A stretch of 64,000 nucleotides of DNA from contig NC_091477.1 in NCBI RefSeq assembly GCF_036971445.1, forward strand, positions 90,024,001 to 90,088,000, read 5' to 3'. Within the stretch, counting starts at the first letter, position 1; every line of letters begins with the position of its first letter. Of this stretch, positions 55,110 through 64,000 are shown piece after piece. The DNA is from Narcine bancroftii. Its lineage: Eukaryota. Both the position numbers and the translations under genes were made by a program. The notes below the pieces were generated by a model that did not search any database, was not told where the DNA came from, and was given only the letters and a program-made list of their open reading frames with translations.

Positions 55110-55340
55110 ATGGGACAGTTAGCGCAACAATTCGTGTAATGCTATTACTGGGTCAGCGACATGGGTTTGAACCTTGCACTGTCCAAGGGGTTTGTATGTC
55201 CTTCCCAAGTTTGAGTAGTTTCCTTCAGGTGCTCCATTTTCCTCCCACTTGTCAAAAGCATGTGAGGGTTGTAGGTTAATTGGTGTATTTGACCAGCATG
55301 GACCCATTGGTCACAAGGGCCTGTTACTGTGCTGTACTTT
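55110..55340 (+). mobile_element. V-SINE (HE1-like)
   Basis: B-box GGTTTGAACC, V-core GGTGCTCCATTTTCCTCCCAC, tail GGGCCTGTTACTGTGCTGTA. Confidence 0.65.
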
Positions 55341-55729
55341 AATGAAATTCAACATTTTAATATGGAACTCTGCACTATCTGCTTGGTTCTCCTAGTCTGT
55401 CTAGCAGTTTTCCAGTCCTCCAAATGCATATGCTTACATTGTGAGCTTATCACTCAATGTGCTTTTCACCCTATTTCAGCTTTCTAGATGGACTATAATG
55501 ATCAAAATTCATCAGATAGACTGGAACAATGCAAAGAGGAAAACATACAAGGACAGTACTAATTGGCTAAAAATACTGGTCTTGGCAATTTTAGTCCAAG
55601 GTGACTATGATTTGATGGATTGCTCTATGCCGAGGAGTTGGAATCTCCAAAACATCAACTTTTAATTTCCCTCTATGGATGATGCCTAACCCTCTGAATT
55701 CTTCCAGCAAGTTCTTTTTTCCAGGAGAC

Positions 55730-57420
55730 AGTGAATGATGATAGTTGGCTTGGATTTGGATGTCTGAGTAGAGGTGTTCCACAAGGATCAGTGCTGGGAC
55801 CCTTTCCATTTGTAAAATATGTGAATTACATGGATGTGCAAGGCATAATCATTACATTTGACACACAAAAAGTTGGTGGAGTTGTTGATTATGTGGAAGG
55901 TAGTTTTTGGCTGCAGATATATATCTATATTTATTTATCTATATACTTATTTGTGAAATGGGCTGAGAAATAGCATATGGAGTTTAATCCAGACAAGTGT
56001 GAGGTGATGCATTTTGGGAGTACCAATGAAGTCAGGGCATGCATCACGAATGGTCAGGTCTAGGTGGGCGGGGGGGGGTGGAAGGTGTTGAACAGAGGGA
56101 CCTTGAAATTCAATGAAATACATGACCATATATTCTAGAAGGTGGCAACACAGGTAGATAACATGGTAAAGAAGGCATATGGGATATTTGCCTTCAAAAA
56201 GAGGGGGTGGTGGGTATCCACAGAAATATGGAAAGTTTTGCTTCAGCTTTATAAAATCTTGCTCAGACTGCTGAGAAAAGATGTGATAGGTTTGGAGAAA
56301 TGGAGTGGAGATTTACTAGAATATTGCCTGGGATGGAGCAGATCTGTTATGAAGAGAGGCAGGAGAGTTAATAGGGGACATGATTGAGGTATATAAAATT
56401 GTGAGTGGTATTGTTACGATCCCAGAAGACCCCAAAACCCAGCAGCAAACCTCCAAGTTCACTGGTTGCAGGCAATTCTTATACTGTGCACAGAATTTAA
56501 CATTTATGAAAGGTAAATTGTTACCACTCGGGAAGGTTCTTGTTAGTTTTCAGAGAGAGATTTGTTGGTCACTGGATAGAAACTGATTCCTTCTAATCAG
56601 CCACGTCAGTGTCTTGCTGAAGAAACAACGCCCCATCAGGGTTTTCCAGATGATAACCTCTTTCTTTCAGGTCACCACAGAGTTCCTTTTTGTTTCTCTT
56701 ATTTCAAGTGAAACATTAGGCTGCCAGTCCTCCTCTTGTATGGTCCACAAGGGCTTTGACCAGGCTGAACTAAGAACTCACAACCCATCTTCAGAATGAG
56801 ATTTTTTCACATACTTGCCAGCTTGTCCTGTTCCAGTCCCAGCTGCTGCTGCTGAACTGTAGAACTGAATTCTCTCTCTCTCTCACTCAGAGAAAACTAC
56901 ATGACCATCTTAGAACAGCCAACTGCACTCAAACAGACTGTGGCTCCAGACTTAATCTTCCGAATTTGTTCATCTATTGTTTTCCAAAACGATAATCCAT
57001 TACCTCACAGCATGTCCAATGAACCCCTATTTGTGATGGCCTTCAAAGTTTGTGCAAAGGCACTCGGAGCCTGAACTGTCTGGCTTGAGCAGAGCTCTGG
57101 CATTTTAAATGAGAACCGTTTTGAAGTGTTTGTATGTGACCTACACAATTTATGTCCTTTAAAACAATAAAAATACAACATAATCTGTCACAGGTATAGA
57201 TAGGGAAGACTGGAGGAAACTTCTCCCCACATCAGAGATAGATAAAACTCGAGGACACAGATTTATGGTAAGGATGGAGAGATTTTGAAGAGACCTAACT
57301 AGTACCTTTCTTAGCCAGAGAATGGAAAGTACTTGGAATGCAATACTGAAGAGTGTTGTTGAATCTGGCCTCTGGTGGCATTTATAGTTTAGATGAACAC
57401 TTAATCATCTCAGAGATTAC
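55730..57420 (+). mobile_element. CR1-clade LINE 3' fragment interrupted by a solo LTR
   Basis: GVPQGSVLGP, MEFNPDKCEVMHFG, RGDMIEVYKIVSG, resuming as IDR after the LTR. Confidence 0.8.
56412..57192 (-). mobile_element. Solo LTR, 781 bp, with perfect 5-bp TSD
   Basis: TG...CA termini; TSD GGTAT at 56407-56411 and 57193-57197; splits a CR1 reading frame. Strand inferred from the U5-like end. Confidence 0.88.
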
Positions 57421-57899
57421 AGACCTACAAGTTTGGAATTGATAGGAAAATTGGTTATTGTGGATGAAGAAAAACATTGTCTATGGTTACAACAGAATCA
57501 TCTCATTATGTGGCGAGGGAATTCAGACATCAGAGAAGATGCAGTTTTGGAAGTTGAACCAAGCCAGTCCATATACAGTAAATGGGAGGATTTCAGGGAA
57601 TGTTATAAATAGCGAGACCAAGAGGAAGAAGTACATAGTTCTCTGAAAGATGATTTTCTTGATCAGCAACCCAAAATGTATAAAATACACCCCAAAATGT
57701 TCAGGAAGCAAAATCTTCATTGTCCAGTGTAGTTAGTATGAACCATTCTCTGAATAAGACAAGTGTGAACAAGTGATAAAACACTATTTGTTAACAGTTT
57801 AATATAACTTAGATATTAAAGCATGATGTTACCCCTATGCTAAAACTAAAGAAAAAGGAATATGACTACAAATTACCATACATAAATCTTGTAGTTGTT

Positions 57900-58640
57900 A
57901 ATTCCACGTAATAGTCAACCCCACTTTTCTGGCCTAAAAATCAAGTGTTTTTGTATGACTCATATAAAAGCCTATTATTGGCTCCGACCGCCTGCCATCC
58001 AAACTCCCTACCTCGACATGGACCCTCGCCATGGCCACCCCCCCCCCCCCCACATTGGAGCTCCCGACGCCATGCCCCAGCCACCTTCCCATCCGAGCTT
58101 GCGATGCCCTGACCACCGGTCTTCTGGAGCTCCTGATGCCACAGCCACCCGCCCATCTGAGTTCCTGAAATCCCAACCGCAGATCCTTGCCCTGTCCACT
58201 ACCCTTCCAAACAACTCCCAATGCCCCAACTGCCCACCCACTGGAGCTGCCAACGCACTGACTGCCTACCCACCTGAGCTCCTGACACCCTAACTGCTCA
58301 CCCATCTGAGCTCCCAATGCCCTGACCACTGGAGTTCCTAACACCCTGTCTGCTTGGCCAACCAAACTACTGATGCCCGGATCGCGGATCTTTGCCCCAG
58401 CTACTTGCCCATCCAATCTCCAGATTGCAAATCCTTGCCTCAACCACCAGCCTATCTGAATTCCCAATCACAGATCCTCGCCCCGGCCACCCATCCAAAC
58501 TTCCAACACTGGCCACCCGCTCATCTGAGCTCCCGACACCTTGAACCACACAGGTACGAAACGAGGTAAAAGGTTTGACCCATGTAATAGTTGACCCCGC
58601 CCCCCCCCCCCCTTTTTGGCCCAAAAAAGTGGCCCCAAAA
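57900..58640. repeat. C-rich degenerate tandem repeat, probably inside a non-autonomous DNA transposon
   Basis: Recurrent CCACCCGCCCATCTGAGCTCC, GGAGCTCC and CAGATCCTCGCCC units. Confidence 0.45.
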
Positions 58641-59621
58641 ATTTGACAATTACATATGTACATATATGGGATTGTAATTTCTTACATTTCTCTTTTTTGA
58701 GATCAAAGAAATAGGATTTAATTTTATTTGCCATCAAGATCAAATATTAGTTGCATATTTTGGTTTGAAATAAAGCCACAAAAATTACTGGCACACTGAA
58801 TGTGGTGCCTCCAACTTGATGAAATAAACAGTTGTCATTTTAAGACACAAGCTGCGATATGTACAAGATAAATACAGGGAAGTTATTGAAGATTTATAGA
58901 AATCTTTTAACTTCTCATTGAAACAATCCACCTCTGGACATTGAGTAGTGTGGTGCTGCCTTGAGTTGAAGATTCTCCCATTCCATCAAAATACAGTAGG
59001 TTTTCATTACATATTTCCAGTTTGAGAATGGATTAGCCTTTTAGAGAGTTAACCTAATCTATCAATGTGCATTAAGGGTCAGAAATTAAACTTGATCATT
59101 TAAATGCTGACATTCTGTATGTGAACATACCTGTACTTTTCACAGCAACTTGCATTTGCTTTCTGCCTTTCATACAGTAAATATATCCAACAAATTTCAA
59201 CACAGAGCCACATTAGAATATATTAGAAGATTTGATAAGCAGATTGTATGGAGTATTAAAAGAAGGAAAGGCAAATTGGGAACCAAATGTTTTTCAGTGA
59301 TGCATTTCCAGCGCTAGGAGTCCAGGTCGCTGATTGAGTTGCCTCTGACATTCATTGCTGCACCAACAAAGTGTATTCTAAAACATGATTATTATTGGTT
59401 CTATATTTAATATTTAACCTAAAACTAACAGAAGTGACAGACCATGACTGCAACAGTTGGATTTTAGGTTCGATCAAGCACATCTTTACATTAAATATCA
59501 GCATATAAAACTGTTTGTGTTCTTCCATTCCAATATTCATCAACGAGGATTGTAAATTCTGCATCGTTGTAGTACTTTTATTCATCTCCCTTCTTGTATA
59601 TGTGTGTATGACCTATCATCT

Positions 59622-60173
59622 TTAGAGAGTCATTTCTTTTTGAAGTACATGCGAAATTAAAACATTAAAAGCTGCTCTTAATCCCTCGCCTGTCTTTGCA
59701 CAGCAGGGTTGCACGTACCAGTCTCGATCCGAGCAGCATCTCCTCAAATGAAAGCATTTGGTGATTTCTTCTGCAGACAGCGCACCATTAAGATCCTGTT
59801 TGTTTGCCATTACCACTACGGGGATCCCTTTCAAACATTCGTGCTTTAGTGCCCGCTCGAATTCTTTTCTGGAATCTTCTATGCGTTTCTTGTCTGCACT
59901 GTCCACCACAAACACAAGTCCATCAGTGTCCTGGAAATAAAAGGGCCAGAGTTGCCGCATCTTGTATTGTCCTCCAACATCCCAAACTGTAAGGGAAACT
60001 CTCTTATCATGCTGTAGCATTTCCACATTGAAGCCTATGGTGGAGGCTGTGAGAAATTCAGAATTACTGAATTTTAGTTTGTATAACAAGGTTGATTTAC
60101 CCGCATCTTCCAGACCCAGCATTAACACGCGAACTTGTTTCGTTTTCAATTCTTTAGAAGTCACCAAACCCAT
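59622..60173 (-). CDS. ARL14: ADP-ribosylation factor-like GTPase 14, single coding exon, 183 aa
   Basis: MGxxxSK myristoylation start, GLEDAGKST, TIGFNVE, WDVGGQ, NKQD, and CSDRDWYVQPCCAKTGEGL typical of ARL14; neighbour of KPNA4. Confidence 0.92.
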   Translation of the reverse strand: MGLVTSKELKTKQVRVLMLGLEDAGKSTLLYKLKFSNSEFLTASTIGFNVEMLQHDKRVSLTVWDVGGQYKMRQLWPFYFQDTDGLVFVVDSADKKRIEDSRKEFERALKHECLKGIPVVVMANKQDLNGALSAEEITKCFHLRRCCSDRDWYVQPCCAKTGEGLRAAFNVLISHVLQKEMTL

Positions 60174-61109
60174 TTGGAGTCAACAAATGTGTTTTTATGC
60201 TGCAATTGTTTTCAGCTGACTTTACCAACAGAGCTTGGGAGAAATCTTTGAACAAATTAATTTCTGTAGCTGGTTTTCCCTTTTGATACAAGCTAATAAA
60301 AAGCAAACAACTGCACCTATTAATACAGTGCCTCATAATCAAATTCTGTAAAAGATAACAAAATCTTTGGTTTGAGCACTGATATCAATGCAAATAAGCA
60401 GAAGGTTGGAACAGGTATGTGGCAAGGGGATGGGAGGGAGGAAAGTACAAGCAGGTGACTCAGGACACCTGTCAGAGTTGCTCAACCTGCAGGCTTGGTG
60501 ATATACTTGGAAAAAATATTTTCTACCAGGAACACAAAAACCCATGAGAAAGCCATTAATCCCTTTAAACCTGACCCACTTTTCAATATGATTATGGCTG
60601 ATCTACCTTAGGCCTCATCTCATTTGTGCCCTCAATTCCCTGATTGGTCAAAAATGTAATTACTTAATCAATACCTCATTGATCCAGCCCCCACAACCCA
60701 ATAGGGTAAAGAGATCTGTAGATTCAATACCCTCCGTGAGAAGAAGTTTCAGGGCAGTGAAACAAGAAAGTCTGCAAATGCTGTGTTTGTAGTAAATACA
60801 CAAAGTTGTTGGAAAAACTCAGCAGGTCCCGCAGCATCCATAGGAGGCAAAGATATCTGTAATCAACTTTTTGGCCCTGAGCCCTTCATCAAACTATGAG
60901 TAAAAGCAGGGAGCTACCTGATTAAAAAGATAGAGCGGTGACGGAAGAAGGGGCAGGCGTAGGAGCACTGGCCAACTGCCGAGTCCATAGGTGGATATAG
61001 GTAGAAGGGCAGGAGCGAAAAGCTGAGAATTAATCAGGGAAGAGAGGTGGCAGATCTGTAAGAAAGGAGACAAAGGGATAGGGAGGGAGATAGAGAAAGA
61101 CAATGGGAG

Positions 61110-61520
61110 GTGAGTGTAAACTGTAAAAGGTAGTGGACATAGCCCAGTACATCACAAGCAAAACTTTCCCCACCATTGAGAAAATCTAAATGGAATACTG
61201 CTGTCGGAGAGCAACATCAATCATCAAGGACGCACACCACCTAGGACATGCTCTGTTCTTGCTGCTGCCATCTTGAAAGAGGTATAGGTGCCACAAGACT
61301 CGTACCATCAGGTTCAGGAACATTTACTACCCTCCACAACAAACTCAATCAAAGGATCATTTAAAGACTCTTACTTTGCACATTATTTAATACTGAATTT
61401 TTTTCTGTTATGTTTGTTTAAATTTCTCTCATTTTCTTGAGTACATTTACACTATAGATAAGTAGAAATTCTGCCTGGCTGGCAAGGAAAAAAAATCTCA
61501 GGACTGTATGTGATGTCATG
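61110..61520 (+). mobile_element. Rex1/Babar LINE 3' end
   Basis: IIKDAHHLGHALFLLLPS..RYR....RT.RFRN. Confidence 0.7.
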
Positions 61521-62089
61521 TCTCCTATTACACTGGATTTGGTTTTGTAGCAGGTAATATCATTTAGGCATCTTCCACAGGTGTCAAGTATCCTTCATTG
61601 TTTCCATTCTCATCCAGAATCACCACTTCACCTGGGAGATGGCTTTTTGTCGGTTGTACCTATACATTGTGTAGTTTTCCAGGTCTTCAGACTTAAATGC
61701 CTGTGATCAGAGGATCCAGATATTGAGGCTGGGGTTTGTGAAGGTGCCAATAGCAAGCAGAGCTCCTGAAGGATCTTGACCATTGATCCTTATTGCATCG
61801 ATGGTTTGGAACCAGGAGCCAAGGATGGAGTCTTGAGCTCAGGTGCACTGCTAGACCAGACATGAGGGCAGGAGGCCATGTGATTACCAAGGTTACCGAG
61901 GTAACGGGATTGGAGGAGGTGGCAGGATCCACAGACGATTTCTCTGAAGGGACTTTCTTTTGCTTCTCTTTGTCATCTTGATAGTGGTGCTGAACGATTG
62001 GCACTTTTTATGTGCCTTCGCAGAACAAATGAAGGAAAACAAATGTACATGACAATAAAGAAATCCTGAAATATAATACCCATTGTTAG

Positions 62090-63480
62090 AAAAAAAGCTG
62101 TTAGAATCAGTTATTCAGCAATTACAGCATATTTGGAAAGTTAATGTCCAACCAAAAAAGTCATTATGGGTCCAATAAAAGGAAATCATGTCTGACAACT
62201 TTACTTTTTGAGGAAGTCTTATGCAGTGTGGAGCATGGGGAACTATTAAATATATTTGGTCTTTGAGAAGGAGTTCACAAGATAACACCCTATGGAGGTA
62301 ATCCCCAAGGATTGAATAATAAATAGGGGTTATTTGCCAACTTGCGACAAGTAGAGAGCCACAGGGAACAGTGCTGGGACTGCAGCTGTTTACTATAAAT
62401 ATATATTATATATAAACACCCTGTTAAAGGCTTGGCAGAAGCAAGTGCAAATTACAAATTTGCAAACAATATAAAACTTTATTGGAGGGCAAGTTGTGAG
62501 GAGAATGAAAATAGTTTACAAACATTAATTCAGATGGATAGTGAATGGGCAAAAGTTTGCAAATGTGCAAAAATATGAAGTTGTTCATTGTGTTCAAAAA
62601 AACAAAATAAAATATCAATTAATTGGACATCCTACTGCTTCCTTGCTTGTTATGCACCACACAATTATAGTAAATAAATTTACAAAAAAATAGACTTTAT
62701 GAAACAATGATTCTAAATTAAAATTTGATTTTCTGAAACTTTGGATCTTTGGTAATAAGATGCTTGAGAAGCAAGGTGTGTGGCATAAATACAGATGTTC
62801 AAGATGAAAGTTTAACACAAGGTCATAAACGTATATACACACAAACACTCACAAAGAACTTTCCTCCATCCACTGAATGGTAGTGATGAAAGTTTCCAAA
62901 ATTGATTCACAGATCATGGTGCAAAAGTTAATCCCAATCAGTAGCAATGCTAGAAATGAAAAAGGCCAGGTAATTTAATCAATTAATTTACTTTATAAAT
63001 TCCAAATCCAAATCACTGCCCAAGGGCGAGTAAACAGAGCCAGCGAAACAAAGGATTCTTACTGTAGTGGTTCGTGAAATACAGAAAGTCAAATAGACAC
63101 AGCTAGTAATCAGGAAGGCTAATGTTATGTTATTCGAGTTGGAGTGTAAGACTAAAAACTTGCTGCAATCATATCTGGAGTGGGTTTTTTTGGTATCCAT
63201 GTTGAGGGAGATTTTCTTGCCTTGTAAAATGAGCATAGATTCACAAGAAGAATTCTTGAGATGAGAATATTTTCCCATGAATACCCATTATGTAAACATT
63301 GCTTAGTCTTACTAGAGCTTAGAGGATATCAATGAAATATAGAAGATTCTAAAAAGGTTTGGTGATGCTGATTGTTTCCACAGACTGGGCCATCTGATAC
63401 TAGATATCATAGTTGCCTGCTAAGGGGGATAAGAAAAATTTCTTTATAATTTTTCATCCAAGAATGGTGTGAATGTTCAG
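62090..63480 (+). mobile_element. Highly degenerate CR1 fragments with an intervening minus-strand L1 fragment (~62660-62850)
   Basis: KGKSCLT, PQGTVLGL.LFTI, QVQKVK...IRKAN remnants. Confidence 0.5.
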
Positions 63481-64000
63481 TAATTCAAGACTAAGAACAA
63501 TAGACTGAATAAATAAATGGATATGTAAACACATGGTTTTATTGAAAGATTGAGCAATCAATCTTTTTGGGCCAACTTTTGGGGGATTTTGGAACAACTC
63601 TTGCTCCTACAATTCCTACAGTTTTATTCAAGGCACAGTTCAGACATTATCTCTTTTAATAGTGAGCCAGATTCAAGATTCCTCCCACCACTGGGTTCTT
63701 TTGCTCTGTGCCAAATCACAATATTGTTGTCATCCTGAGGTGCTAACTAATTTGATCGAGATTACACAAAACCATATCACAATTAGAAAATTACAGAAAA
63801 CAGGAGGGATACTTTCATTCTTTATATTCAATTGAAATGATAATAAATTTAAACTAAGATTACAGAGATCAATAGGTTACCCCATGAGCTGATTAATGTT
63901 ACCAGCAGCATGAGACCTCAATTGTGGATATCTCAGACCAAACTTAGGTACAAAATGATAATGATGACCAGCCTATTATAACATTGAGACCACATTAAGT

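Overview
Vertebrate genomic DNA. The V-SINE/HE1-type SINEs and the CR1, Rex1, RTE, fish-type L1 and Penelope repeats suggest a cartilaginous fish (inference). The window holds a complete 17-exon KPNA4 (importin alpha-3) gene on the minus strand (CDS 36111->5981, 518 aa, all introns GT-AG) with a CpG-island promoter and a probably long 3' UTR. KPNA4 intron 12 contains a box C/D RNA that is probably the SCARNA7/U90 orthologue. A single-exon ARL14 lies on the minus strand (60173->59622). A CpG-island promoter at the left edge should belong to TRIM59 by synteny, but no coding sequence of it is in the window. The KPNA4-ARL14 interval is a nested transposon stack. It contains a decayed class III (ERV-L/S-like) endogenous retrovirus with a tRNA-Ser PBS, ERV-L-type gag, almost no pol and a gamma-type env; a near-intact RTE LINE with a 15-bp coding minisatellite and 5' monomer repeats inserted into that gag; and a tandemly duplicated non-autonomous L1 derivative lacking nearly all of ORF2. 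Family assignments rest on remembered motifs, not database searches.
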